This document shows, in pieces, positions 22,127 to 36,200 of a stretch of 64,000 bases of DNA. Below the pieces are notes generated by a model. The model was given only the letters and a program-made list of their open reading frames with translations, was not told the DNA's origin and searched no databases. This DNA comes from Squalus acanthias (Eukaryota): NCBI GenBank assembly GCA_030390025.1, contig CM059431.1, positions 145,578,001 to 145,642,000 on the forward strand, given 5' to 3'. The translations under genes and the position numbers were made by a program. The number at the start of each line of letters is the position of its first letter. Positions within the stretch are counted from its first letter, which is position 1.

Positions 22127-25100
22127 TCATAGAATCATAGAAAGTTACAGCACGGAAGGAGGCCATTTCGGCCAATCGTGTCCGCGCCGGCCAACAAAGA
22201 GCTATCCAGCCTAATCCCACTTCCCAGATCTAGGTCCGCAGCCCTGCAGGTTACAGCATCCCAAGTGCAGATCCAAGTACTTTTTAAATGTGGTTAGGGT
22301 TTCTGCCTCTACCACCGTTTCAGGCAGTGAGTTCCAAACCCCCACAATCCTCTGGGTGAAGACATTTTCCCTCAAATCCCCTCTAAACCTTCCGCTAATT
22401 ATTTTAAATCTGTGCCTCCTGGTTTTTGTCCCCTCTGCTAAATGAAATAGGTTCTTTCTATCCACTTTATCTAGTCTCCTCATAATTTTATACACCTCAA
22501 TAAGGTCTCCCCTCAGCCTCCTCTGTTCCAAGGAAAACCAATCCAGCCTATCAAGTCTTTCATCACAGCTAAGATTCTCTACTCAAGGCAACATCCTTGT
22601 AAATCTCCTCTGTACCCTCTCTAGTGCAATCACATCTTTCCTGTAATGTGGTGACCAGAACTGCACGCAGTACTCTAGCTGAGACCTAACTAGTGTTGTA
22701 TACAGTTGAAGCATAACTCCCCTGCTCTTGTATTCTATGCCATGGCTAAGAAAGGCAAGCATTCCGTTTGCCTTCTAAACCATCTTATCTACCTGGCCTG
22801 CTACCTTCAGGGATCTGTATCACGCACTCCTAGAGCCCTTTGTTCCTCTACACTACTCAGTGTCCTACCATTTAATGTGTATTCCCTTTCCTTGTTAGCC
22901 CTCCCCAAATGCATTACCTCAGACTTCTCCGGATTGAATTCCATTTGCCACTGTCCTGCCCACCTGACCAATTTATTGATATCTTCCTGCAGTCTACAGA
23001 TTACTTCTTCAGTATCAACCACACAGCCGATTTTAGTATCATCTGCAAATTCTTAATCATACACCCTATATTCAAGTCGAAATCATTGATCGATAACACA
23101 AAAAGCAAGGACCCTTGTACTGAGCCCTGCGTAACTCCACTGTTAACAAAAACACCCATCAACCATTACCCTCTGCTTCCTGACTCCGAGTCAGTTTTGA
23201 ATCCAACTTGACACTTTGCCCTGGATCCCATGGGCTTTTAACTTCCTGACCAGTCCATATGGAAATTTATCAAAAGCCTTGCTAAAGTCCATATACACTA
23301 CATCAAACGCACTACCCTCATCTATGCTCCTTATTACCGCCTCAAAAAATTCAATCAATTCAATCAAGTTTGTCAGACACGACCTTCCCTTAACAAACCC
23401 GTGCTGTCTATCCTTGATTAATCCGTGTTATTCTAAATGAGGATTTAACCTGTCCTTCCAAATTTTTCCTATAATTTTCCCACCACCGAGGTTAGGCTGA
23501 CTGACTGTAATTACTCGGTCTATCCTTTTCTCCCTTTTTAAACAACGGTACCACATTAGCAGTCCTCCAGTCCTCCAGCACCACACCTGAAGCCAGTGAG
23601 GATTGAAAAATGATGGTCAAGCCTCTGCTATTTACTCTTTTGCTTCGCTTATCAGCCGGAGATACATTTCATCCGGGCCTGAAGCTTTATCCACCTTTAA
23701 AGCTGCTAAACCCGTTAATACTTCATCTCTCACGATCTTTATTTCATCTAATATTTCACACTCCTCCTCCCTGATAGCAATGTCTGATTCGCCCCTCTCC
23801 TTTGTGAAAACAGACGCAAAGTATTCATTAAGAAACCTACCGTAGTCTCCCGCCTTCACACACAGATTACCCTCATGATCTCTAACCGGCCATACCCTTT
23901 CTTTAGTTATCCTCTTACTCTTAATATATTTATAAAACATCTTTGGGATTTCCTTGATTTTACTTGCCAGGGATTTTTCATGCTCTCTCTTTTTGCTTTC
24001 CTAATATCCTTTTTAATTGCACCCCTTCACTTTCTGTACTCCTCACAAGTTTCTGCAGTGTTTAGCCCTCGGTATCAGTCATACCCCATCCTTTTTTTAT
24101 TTATCCTACCCTGTATGTCCCTCGACATGCAGGGGCTATAGATTTGTTAGTCCCACCTTTTTTCTTTAAGGGCACATATTTGTTCTGAACCCTCCGGAAC
24201 TCCTCCGTGAATGCCTCCCACTGCTCTGACACTGATTCACCTTCAAGTAGCTGTTTCCAGTCCACAATTACTAAATCCCCTCTGAGCTTAGCAACATTTA
24301 CTTTTCCCCAATTTAGAATTTTTATTATTGGTCTATCCTTGTCCTTTTCCACAACTAGCTTAAATATAACAGAATTATGGTCACTAGCATCAAAATGGTC
24401 CCCCACTGATACGCCTTCTACCTGCCCAGCTTCATTCCCTAAAACTAAGCCCAGAACCGCCCCCTCCCTTGTTCGGCTTGCTAAATACTGGCTAAAAAAG
24501 TTCTCCTGGATGCATTTTAGGAATTCCGCACCCTCTATACCCTTCACACTAATTTTATCCCAGTTACTTTTGGTGTAGCTGAAATCCCCTACTAGTACTG
24601 CCCTATAGTTTTTGCACTTCTCAGAAATGTGTCTACATATTTGCTCTTCTATCTCCCTCTCACTGTTCAGGGGTCTATAGTACACTCCCAACAGTGTGAT
24701 CGCCCCTCTTTTGTTTTTCAATTCGACCTATATTTCCTCGTTTGATGATCCATCCAACATATCATCCCTCATCACAGCTTAAATAGTTTATTTAATCAAT
24801 ACCGCGAACCCCGCTCCTTTTTGACCTCCTTCTCTGTCCTGTCTGAATATCCTGTAACCAGGAATGTTGAGCTGCCATACCTGCCCCTCTTTCAGTCACG
24901 TCTCTGTAATAGTTATAATATCATAGCCCCAATATCTACCTGTGCCCTTAGCTCATCTGCCTTTTCGCTATACTCCTTGCATTGAAGTATATACCATTTA
25001 GTACAGGCAGAACTCCTTGTTGACTACTATCTGGCCCTTGATTCCTCTGTCCTTCCAATTTACTTTCTACGTTTATGTTTTCAAATTCCAGTTTTTCTTC

Positions 25101-26025
25101 CCTCCCTACTGACTCTATTCTTCGGTTCCCATCCCCCTGCCAAGCTAGTTTAATCCCTCCCCAACAGCACTGGCAAACCCCACCGCGAGGATATTGGTCC
25201 CTACTCTGTTAAGGTGCAACCCGCCCATCTTGTACAGGTCCCACCTTCACCAGAAACGGTCCAATAGCGCAGGAATCTAAAGCCCTCCCTCCTGCACCAG
25301 CCTTCCAGGCACGCATTCATCTGCTCTATCCTCCTATTTCTAGACTCACTGGCACGTGACAACGGAAATAATCCGGACATTACTATCTTTGAGGTCCTGT
25401 TTTTTAATCTGACTCCTAGCTCCCTAAACACTGCCTGCAGGACCTCATCCCTCTATCTACCTATGTCATTGGTACCGATATCGACCACGACATCTGGCTG
25501 TTCACGCTCTCCCCCCGCCCCCTCCCCCCCCCCCCCAGAATGCCCTGCAGCCGTTCGGTAACATCCTTGACCCTGGCACCAGGGAGGCAACATACAATCC
25601 TGGAGTCACGTCTGCGGCCACAGAAACGCCTGTCTCCTCCCCTCACTATTGAATCACCTACCGCTATTGCTCTTCCACTATTTTTCCTCCCCCCGCCACC
25701 CCCCGCTGTGCAGCGGAGCCACCGGTCATGCTGAGGACTTGGCTCTGACTGCACTCCTCAGAGGGACCATCGCCCCCAACAGTACTCGGAATAGAATACC
25801 GGTTGGAGAGCGAGATTCCCTCCGGTGCCTCCTGCACTGCCTGCCTGATCTTCTTCTGTCTGGTGGTCACCCAATTGCCCTCTGTCTGCTCTCTCTTATG
25901 CTGCGGGGTGAACACTTCACTGAACCTGTTATCCACGTAGCTCTCAGCCTCGCGGATGCACCACAGTGACGCCAGTCGCCGCTCAAGCTCCGTAAACCGT
26001 CGCTCGAGTCGTTGCAGCTGCTGAC
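22127..26025 (-). mobile_element. Near full-length degraded CR1 LINE (ORF1 esterase, APE, RT)
   Basis: ORF1 VGDSIVRG..CCLPGARVKDV (SGNH-type); APE GVYYRP..VGDF..SDHN; RT MEFNPEKSEVMHLG; ttctatga tail. Confidence 0.93.
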
Positions 26026-26387
26026 ACTCATTTCTTGCGGTCCTTAAATCCGGGATTCAATGGGAATGGAGCGATTTCTCCGAACAAATGAGAAACGGTG
26101 ATTCCTTGTACATTATATATATACTTTATATTTCAATACAACGTTATTTTCCATCATAATTTCATGATCAAACTCTTTCAGTCACCGATGTCTATTGCAA
26201 AGGCTCCATTCTCATTTCTCATTTTACGTTTTGGAATTTTACCCCCGTCCTGTTGTTTCTTTGAGTTTTTATGGCTCTGCTTCTCTGTAATTGAACTGGA
26301 AGATTTTATTCCAGAGTGAAACGTTAAGCGTAGAAAATGACTGTTTAACAAAGAAAATAACAGCTACAGAAACAAATAAACAGTTAC

Positions 26388-28119
26388 CTCAACACCCGGC
26401 ATTGGTGCAGTACTGGTCCCAGCCGCCGGAGTCCTTCACACTGAATGTAGCAGCTCCCTAGATTTAGGTATTTTATTGTATCACAGAGTCCAATCACAGG
26501 AGACAGCACCGCACAGTCAATCGGGGTCAGTCGCAATCCATTAAATTTAAGTGTTTCCACAGATCCCACTGTTTTCCGAGCTAGTGCTTTATTCTGAGAC
26601 TCAAACAGGTAGTGGAATATGTTCAGCAGGTTCCTTTTACCAGTTTCACTCTCTGTGTCCCCAATCTGTCCTTCAACCTTCTCCTTCACCCAGTCAATCA
26701 CTCGGCAGGTGGTTTGATGAAGAAATGGACCCAGAAACTCCACCAGGGGCCGAGCTGCCTGTGGGGAGGAGAGACCAGCAACAAAAGGGAGAAATATCTC
26801 AAATCGCCCATCTTCCTTGCTGTGGGCTTCACTGAGGAGTTTCAGGATGTCCCCGGGATCTGGATTCAGGAATTGTGCGAGTGCGGCCACAAACTCTTGG
26901 ATGGTGAGGTGCGGGAATGTGTACACCACGCTCTGGGCAGAATCATCTCTCTCCAAAAGTTCCATCATGAATCCAGACAGGAACTGGGAAGGTTGCAGAT
27001 TGTACTTGATCAAATGTCCATCTCTAAACACAATCTTCTTCTCTGAGACTCCTGTGAAGGCCATCTCACCGATCTTCAGTAACACATCACGGGGGCTTTC
27101 AATCTCTCGGCCATGGTTTTTCAGAATGTTGTAAATATAGTAAGAATATAGTTGGGTGATGGTCTTGGGAACTCGCTGTTGATTCCTGTCTCTTTGTTTA
27201 AAGAAGGGGCCCAGTGACAGACCGAGGATGAAGCAGTAGGAAGGGTTGTAGCACATAGTGTACATGATTTCGTTCTCCTCCACGTGTTTGAAAACAGCTG
27301 CTGCCACCGCCTGATCTTCAAAAAACTTGTTGAAATATTCCTTCCGTTCTTCACCCACAAATCCCAGGATTTCAGCCCAGACACTGATCTCAGCCTTTTC
27401 CAATAAATGTAATGCAGTGGGGCGACTGGTCACTAGCACTGAACATCCTGGGAGCACCTTGTGCTGTATTAAACTGTACACAATATCAGAGACTTCACAC
27501 ACGCAATCGGGATCTGTGCACTGAGGTTCTGTATTTCTCCGATTGTCAGCAAAATCGATCATGTCCTTGAATTCATCCAAACCATCGAATATAAACAGCA
27601 ATCCCTCTGGTTTCTTCCAGAGCTCTCCCACAATATTCCCAAAGTAAGGATAATGATCCAGTATCAGATTCTTCAGGTTTATTCTACAGTTAATAGCGTT
27701 CAAATCCCGGAATTTAAAAATAAAAATAAATTGAAAGTGTTTATATATTTTCCCAGTGGCCCAGTCATGAACAATCTTTTGTACCATTGTTGTTTTCCCA
27801 ATCCCCGGGACACCACTCACTGCTGCTGAACTCCCAGAATTGGATATCCTCCGGGAAAAACTGCTCTGGAACAATTGATCAATTCGGATTTTTTCCAGCT
27901 CTCTCCGGAGATGTTCCTCTCTCCACTCTTCATGATCTCGGCCTTTTGCCAGCAGTTCATGTTCTACAAGTGTCCGATCTGGAACAGTAGAAATGATCGT
28001 TAGCACAGCATATCGATCAACCAGCTGGAAAATCTTAACCTTCTCCTTTATTAGGATAGTGTTCAATATCAGTGTCTCAGTTTGTAACCGGAGTGTTTCC
28101 CTATGTTTCTGTTGAACAT
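26388..28119 (-). CDS. NLR gene, NACHT exon (1732 bp; NLRC3/NLRP3-like)
   Basis: Walker A GVPGIGKT, Walker B LFIFDGLDE, sensor VLVTSRP, WH motif FPHLTIQEFVAAL; uninterrupted; gaag acceptor and gtaac donor in compatible phases. Confidence 0.96.
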
Positions 28120-28437
28120 CTTCAATTAGAACAGACAAAAAATGGTTCTCAATGTTAGTTGTATTGACATAAAAACAACTTCTCAATACCACTTTACTAT
28201 TCAGTAAAATATTGCAAGATCTAATCCTCACTTGATTCTAATATTGACTGAATATGTAGATTTATATAAAGGTGATATTCTCCCTCTGTTGGTTAATACT
28301 ATCCGCTCCTGTCTTGTACTATAGAATTCTCATTACAAATCCACACATGATTATTATTATACAGCAGTAGTAGTTCTCGTTGATAAATCTTTGAAACAGT
28401 CAGTGCTGCTTACATTTTGCAGATGGAGAGGGGAGTG

Positions 28438-28530
28438 AGCATTTGGCGCAGTGGTAACATTTCTGCCAGAGGGTGAAGGGTTCGAACCCCATTCCAGATG
28501 GTCCCAAAGTGTGGATTCGGAGCTCCGGCT
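28438..28530 (+). mobile_element. tRNA-derived SINE head
   Basis: A box tggcgcagtgg (28444-28454) and B box ggttcgaaccc (28479-28489), without a full cloverleaf. Confidence 0.55.
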
Positions 28531-28609
28531 TTGTAATGGTGGGTTAACAGGCGTCTGGTTTTGGTTGGGGGAGACCATAAAACACCTCTCGCCGTATAGG
28601 ACTAACCTT

Positions 28610-28975
28610 CCTATCCAGCACTCCCATCTTGTACGCTCCCTGAACTTGAGCCAATACAAAACTCTACTGCCCATATTCTAACTTGCACCAAGTCCCGTTC
28701 ACCCATCACCCCCTGCGCTCGCTGAGCTACATTTGCTCCTGACCCAACAACGCCTTGGTTTTAAATTACTCATGCTTATTTTTAAATCGTTTCAAGGCCT
28801 TCTCTCTCTCTTTTTCTGCAACCTCCAGCCCTAGAATCCTCAGAGATCTCTGCTCTCCTTAAGTTCTGGCCTCTTGTGCATCCCTGCTTTTCATCGCTCC
28901 ACCATTGGCGGACATCCCTTCAGCTTCCTTGGTCATAAGCTCTGAAACTCCCTCCCTAAACGTCTCCGTCTCTTA
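28610..28975 (+). mobile_element. L2-type LINE 3' fragment
   Basis: Reverse complement of the L2 sequence at 16000-16330. Confidence 0.65.
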
Positions 28976-30092
28976 ACAGCAGTTCCATTGGCATTATATC
29001 AGGACTCGGGCAGGTTATCTGGTGTATTGTGTACAGAGAGAGGGGAGGACTGTGAAGTGACAGCAGTTATCTGAGTTATTACCTGCATACCAATAGTTAC
29101 CTGAACACAGGTTATGGTTACTGGCATTCTGATGGTGCAGAGGGGAATCAGGAAGATGTTAAAAGGTATCTGGAGTTTAGGTTGAGGAGGTTTGATGCAT
29201 TTTGTTTTGGAAAGAGATATCAGTATTGAAATGTTTTAATGGGATTCACAACATTAGTGCAGGAAACAAGTAGCAAAATAATTAATAACGTAGAAAATTG
29301 AAAATCAGAAGTATGAATGGAAATCAGGTACTTTTTCTCCCAAACGGTAATACAGCAGGGAGACCAATTACCTTGGAAGGACACTAAAGGGCAGTGTAAG
29401 TGGGCTCTAGAGACAATTGAAATTGTGTGTGTAGATTCTCTGAGAGGAGGGGTAAGTGGCTTCATCTCTCTAACAGGGACATGCTTATTTGAACCTAATG
29501 GTATTTTCCTTTCCCTAATCATTGTTCGGTTACATTGTATCTCCGAAATAGCGAATTTTTCATCAGTTTTACACATACAATCACTGAATGTTTTTATAAC
29601 AGTCGTGTTATATCACCGGTTAGAATTAGAATTAGAACTGCCGCCTACTTCTGACAGTTTAATTTTGGAGCAGAACACATTCCCTGTCGATTTGAACAGT
29701 TCTACCAATAATAATACTCCTGTTGTTCATTTTGATATAAGTTTCCTATAATGTAGGTTTGGGAAATTACAAATGTGTTTCCGTTATTCATTACATTGGG
29801 TTAAAAATACTCCTGAATTAAAGGTCTATTCCCTGAGTAGAATGAGGGTCTCTCTTTCACTATCATTATGAAAATAGCCAATAACTTCCTCGTCACCCTG
29901 AACATTGTACATTTCTCATATTTCTGCACGGATTAATGTTCTATGGTGTGATCATCTTTACATCTTCTCAGGTCGGATATACCTCTTTCCGAACTCTTAT
30001 TCTGTGCTGAGAAGCGATAAAATTTTACTATTACGCATGTCACCACCTCTTTCCTTGAGCTTTGTGGTGGGGCAGAATTCTAGCGGCGCAGG

Positions 30093-33000
30093 AACATAAG
30101 CACATAAGAACATAAGCCGTATGGGCAGGAGTAGGTTATTTGGACCCTCGAGCCTGCTCCGCCATTCAATAAGATCATGGCTGATCTGATCGTGGCCTCA
30201 ACTCCACTTCCCTGCCCACTTCCCATAACCCTCGACTCCCTTACCATTCAAATATCTGTTTATCTTCAAATTAAATATATTCAATGACCCAGCCTCCACA
30301 GCTCTCTGGGGAAGAGAATTCCAAAAATTCACGACACTCTGAGAGAAGAAATTCCTCATCATTTCCGTTTTAAATGGTGCCCACTTATTCTTAAATTATG
30401 TCCCCTAGTTCTAGATTCCCCCCTCCCCCCGAGGGGAAACATCCTCTCTGCTTCTAGCCTGCCAAGCCCCTTCAGAATCTAATATGTTTCAATAAGATCC
30501 CCTCTCATTCTTCTAAACTCCAATGAGTATAGGCCCGACCTGCTCAACAATTCTTCAAACGACAAACCCTTCATCTCCGGAATCAACCTCGTGAATCTTC
30601 TCTGAACTGCCTCCAATGCCAGTATATCCTTCCTTAAATAAGGTGTCCAAAACTGTACGCAGCACTCCAGATGTGGTCTCACCAACGCCCTGTACAGTTG
30701 TAACAGGACTTCCCTACTTTTATATTCCATTCTCTTTAAAATAAAGTTCAAAATTCCATTTGCCTTCCTAATTACTTGCTGTACCTGCATGCTAACTTTT
30801 TGTGAATCATTTACAAGGGACCCCAGAACCCTCTGTACCTCAGCATGTTGTAATATCTCCCCATTTAAATAATACATATTTTTTAATTTTTCCTACCAAA
30901 GTGGATAACCTCGCATTTACCCACATTTTACTCCATCTGCCAGATTTTTGGCCATTCACTTAGCCTATCTATATCGCTTTGGAGATTATTTGCGTCCTCC
31001 ACACAATGTGCTTTCCAACCTATGTTTGTATCATTAGTCAATTTGACTACATTACACTCGATCCCTTCATCCAAATCAGTAATATAATTGTAAATAGTTG
31101 AGGCCCCATCACTGATTTCTGCGACACCCCACCAGTTACTGTTTGCCAACCTGAATATTACCCATTTATCCCGACTCTCTGTTTTCTGTTAGTTAGCCAA
31201 TCCTCTTTCCATGCTAATATATTACCCCCAACCCGTGAGCTCTTGTCTTGTGGAGTAACCTTTTATGTGGCAACTTATCCAATGCCTTCTGGAAATCCAA
31301 ATACAGGACATCGACTGCTTCCCCTTGATCCACGCTGCTCGTTATATCATCAAAGAACTCCAGCAAATTTGTCAAACGTGATTTCCTTTTCATAAAACCA
31401 TGTTGACTCTGCTTGATTATATTATGATTTTCTAAATGTCCTGCTACCACTTCCTTCATGATGGACTCCAGCATTTTCCCAATGACAGATGTTAGGCTAA
31501 CTGGTCTATAGTTGCCTGCTTTCTGTCTCCCTCATTTCTTAAATAGGGGCGTTACATTTGCGGTTTTCCAGTCCGCTGGGACCTCTCCAAATTCCAGGGA
31601 ATCTTGTTAGATTTAAACCAATGCATCCACTATCTCTACAGCCACCTCTTTTAAGACCCTAGGATGCAAGCCATCGGGTCCAGGCAAGTTGTCCACCTTT
31701 AGTCCCATTAGTTTGCCTACTACTTTTTCTCGAGTGACAGTGATTGTTTTAATTGCCCCCACCCCCACCCCAATAGCCTCTTGATTATCCATTATTGGGA
31801 TGCTTTTAGTGTCTACTACTATGAAGAGCGATACAAAATATTTCTTCAAACCCTCCGCCATTTCCCTGTTTCCAATTATTAATTCCCCAGACTCATCCTC
31901 TAGGGGACCAATATTTACTTTAGCTATTCTCTTCCTTTTTATATACCTGTAGAAGCGCTTACTGTCTGTTTTTATATTTCTTGCTAGCTTACTCTCATAA
32001 GCTAACTTCTCTCTCTTTATCAGTTTTTTTAAGTCGCACTTTTCTGGTTTTTAAAAATTCCCCAACCCTCTGGCCTTCCGCTATTCTTCGCAAAATTGTA
32101 TGCATTTGTTTTCAATTTGATATCATCCTTTACTTCCTTAGTTAGCCATGGATGGTTTATCCTTCTATTAGAGTATTTCTTTATCACTGAAATATAGCTT
32201 TGCTGAGAGTTATGAAATATCTCCTTAAATGTTTGGCACTGCTTTTCTACAGTTTTACACTGTAATATATTTTCCCAGTTCAATTTAACCAAGTCTACCT
32301 TCATACCTTTGTAATTACCTTTATTTAAGTTCAGGACACTAGTTTCAGACCTAGCTTTCTCACCCTCAAGCTGAATTTGAAATTCTACCATGCTATGATC
32401 ACTCATCCCAAGAATATCCTTCACTTCGAGATCATTCATTAATCCAGCCTCGATACACATTACTATATTTAAAATAGTCTGCTCCCTGGTTAGTTCCACA
32501 ACGTACTGTTCCAAGAAACCAACCGCATACACTCTAAGAACTCTTCCTCAAGTCTACCTTTGCCAATTTGTACTGTCCAATAAATATGAAGATGCAAATC
32601 TCCAACGATTACAGCCAGAACTTTCTTACAAGCCTCTATTATTTCTTGACTTATACTCTGTCCTACAGTGTGGTTAATTTTTGGGGGCCTGCAGGCCACT
32701 CCCACCAGTAACTTCTTACCCTTATTATTTCTTACCTCCAACCAAACTGATTCTATGTCTTGATCTTCTGAGCCAATATCATTTCTCACTACTGCACTGA
32801 TCTCATCCCATATTAACAGAGCTACACTGCCTCCTTTCCCTTTCTGCCGATACTTACGAAAATGCAAATAACCTGAATATTCAGTTCCCAGCCTTGGTCA
32901 CCTTGCAACCACATCTCTGTAATGGCTATCAGATCATACCAATTTATTTATATTTCTGCTGTTAACTCATCTATCTTGTTACGAATGCTGCGTGCGTTCA

Positions 33001-33240
33001 GATATAGAGCTTTTAAACTTGTCTTATTATCATTTTTCCCTACTCTGATCCCTCTTTCTGATGCACTCTATCCCTTCCTGTCACACTCTGGTTATCATAA
33101 CCCCTATCGCTACCCTGCAATTTTGCCTTCCATTTTTTCATTGATTTTTTAAATTTCCGCAGAGCGGATCCCTCGCCCCAACTATTTAGTTTAAAGCACT
33201 ATCTACAGCCCTAGATATTCGATACGCCTGGACACTGGAC
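30093..33240 (-). mobile_element. CR1 LINE (APE and RT), degraded
   Basis: SQHGFMKRKSRLTNLLEFF, YLDFQKALDKLPH, LVRPHLECCVQFW, PGPDGLHPRVLKE; cttatgtt-type tail. Confidence 0.93.
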
Positions 33241-36200
33241 CCAGAGTCCTGGCGAACCGAAATCTTGAATTTCTGGCTCCAGGCAATTTGTGAAGTCAGA
33301 TCGTCTGTGTGGCACATAGGAAGATTGTATTAAGATTTACTTTAGATCGGAGTATCCCAGGTGTGTATGGGTTTTCACAATATATCAGTATCCAACCAGG
33401 TGTATATGGGGATTCACAGTGCACCAGGATCCTGCCAGGTGTGTATGGCGTTTCACAGTGTATGAGGACCCTGCCAGGTGTGAATGGTGTTTCATGGTGT
33501 ATCCGGATCCTGTCAGGTGTGTGTAGGGTATCACAATGTATCAGGAGCCTGCCAAGTGCCGTGTGTGGGGTTCCAATGTTTCAGGATCTTGCCAGGTATG
33601 TACGGGGTTTCACAGAGTATCAGGATCTTGCCAGGTTAGGATGGGGTGTCAAAGTGCATCAGGATCCTGCCAGGTCTGTATGGAGATTCACAGTGTATCA
33701 GGATCCTGCTAGGTGTGCATGGGGTTTCACAGTTTATCAGCATTCTGCCAGGTGTGGTGTGTGGGGTTCCAGTGTTCCAGGATCTTGCCAGTTATGCAAG
33801 GGTTTCACATTGTATCAGGATCTTGACAGGTGTGTATCGGATTTCACGTTGTTTCAGGATTCTGCCAGATGATTCGGGGGTTTCACAATGTATCAGAATC
33901 CTGCCAGGTGTGTATGGGGTTTCATGATGTATCGGAAGCCTGGCAGGATTCTAACGGATTTCACAATGTCTCAGGATCCTGCCAGGTGTGCATGGTGTTT
34001 CAGAGTGTATCAGGATTCTAGCAGGTGTGTACGGCGTTTCACAGTGAATCAATATCCTGCATGGTATGTATGGGGTTTCACAGTGTATCAGCATCATGCC
34101 TTGTGTGTATGTTGTTTCACAGTGTATCAGGATCCTGCCAGGTGTGTATGGATTATCATAGTATATCAGGAACGAGCCAGGTGTATTTGTGGTATCAATG
34201 TGTATCAAGATGCTTCCAGGTGTATATGGGGTTTCGCACTGTATCAGGATCCTGCAGGGTGTATATGAGTTTCGCAGTGTATCAGGATCCTGCAAGGTGT
34301 TTATGGGCTTTTGCAGTATATCATGCTCTTTCCACTTGTATCTTGTGTTTCACAGTGTATCAGGATCCTGCCAGGTGTCTATGGGGTTTCACAGTGTATC
34401 AGGAACCTGCCAGGTGTCTCTGGGGTTTCACAGTGTATCAGGATCCTGCCAGGGGTGTAAGGGGTTTCACTGTGTATCAGGGTCCAGACAGGTGGCTCTG
34501 GGGTTTCGCAGTATATTAGGATCCTTCCAAGTTTTTATGGGGTTTCACAGTGTATCAGGATCCTGCCAGGTGTGTATGGGGTTTCACAGTGTATCAGGAT
34601 ACTGCTTTGTGTGTATGGGGTTTCAAAGCATAACATGATCCTGCCAGGTGTGTCTGAGGTTTAACAGTGTATCAGGACCCTGGCAGGTCGTGTATGGGAT
34701 TTCACAGTGTATTAGGATTCTACCAGTTTTCTCTGGGGTTTTCAGTGTATTAGAATCATGCCAGGTGTGTATGGGGTTCACAGTGTCTTTTAATCCTGCC
34801 AGATTGGTATTGGGTTTCACAGTGTATCAGGATCCTGCCAGGTGTGTATGAGATTTCACAGTGTATTACGATCCTGCCAGGTGTGTATTGGAATTCGCAG
34901 TGTATCGGGATTCTTCTAGGTATGTATGGGGTTTCAGTGTGTATCAGGATCCTGCCAGTTGATTATAGGGTTTCACCGTTTATCAGGATCCTGCCAGGTA
35001 TGTATGAGGTTTCACTGTGTTTTTGGATTCTGTCATGTCTGTTTGTGGTTTCACAGTTTATCAGGATCACGCCAGGTGTGTATGGGGTTTCACATTGTAT
35101 GATGATCCTGTAAGGTGCGTATTGTGTTTCACAGTGTAGCAGGATGCTACCAGGTGTGTATGAGGTTTCATAGTGTATCGGGATGCTGCAAGGTGTGTAT
35201 GGGGTTTCACAGTGTATCGGGATTCTTCGATGTGTGTATAGGGTTTCACAATGTATCAGAATCCTGCCAGGTGTGTATGGGGTTTCATGATGTATCGGAA
35301 GCCTGGCAGGATTCTAACCGATTTCACAATGTCTCAGGATCCTGCCAGGTGTGCATGGTGTTTCAGAGTGTATAAGGATTCTAGCAGGTGTGTACGGGGT
35401 TTCACAGTGAATCAATATCCTGCATGGTATGTATGGGGTTTCACAGTGTATCAGCATCATGCCTTGTGTGTATGTGGTTTCACAGTGTATCAGGATCCTG
35501 CCAGGTGTGTATGGATTATTATAGTATATCAGGAACGAGCCAGGTGTATTTGTGGTATCAATGTGTATCAAGATGCTTCCAGGTGTATATGGGGTTTCGC
35601 AGTGTATCAGGATCCTGCAGGGTGTATATGAGTTTCGCAGTGTATCAGGATCCTGCAAGGTGTTTATGGGCTTTTGCAGTATATCAAGCTCTTTCCACGT
35701 GTATCTTGTGTTTCACAGTGTATCAGGATACTGCCAGGTGTCTATGGGGTTTCACAGTGTATCAGGATCCTGCCAGGTGTGTATGGGGTTTCACAGTGTA
35801 TCAGGATCCTGCCAGGTGTGTATGGGGTTGCACAGTGTATTAGAATCCTGCCAGGTGTTTATGGAATTTCACAGTGTATCAGGAACCTGCCAGGTGTCTC
35901 TGGGGTTTCACAGTGTATCAGGATCCTGCCAGGGGTGTATGGGGTTTCACAGTGTATCAGGATACAGCCTGGTGTGTATGGGGTTTCAAAGTATATCATG
36001 ATCCTGCCAGGTGTGTCTGAGGTTTAACAGTGTATCAGGACCCTGCCAGGTCGTGTATGGGATTTCACAGTGTATTAGGATTCTACCAGTTTTCTCTGGG
36101 GTTTCTCAGTGTATTAGAATCATGCCAGGTGTGTATGGGGTTCACAGTGTCTTTTAATCCTGCCAGATTGGTATTGGGTTTCACAGTGTATCAGGATCCT

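Noticed and set aside
28120..28231. N-terminal part of the 615-aa ORF as the gene start
   Set aside because: It lies upstream of a good splice acceptor at 28119, begins at a non-ATG codon, and upstream exons join in frame.
28438..28530. Possible tRNA gene
   Set aside because: A and B boxes are present, but there is no convincing acceptor or anticodon stem; SINE-like.
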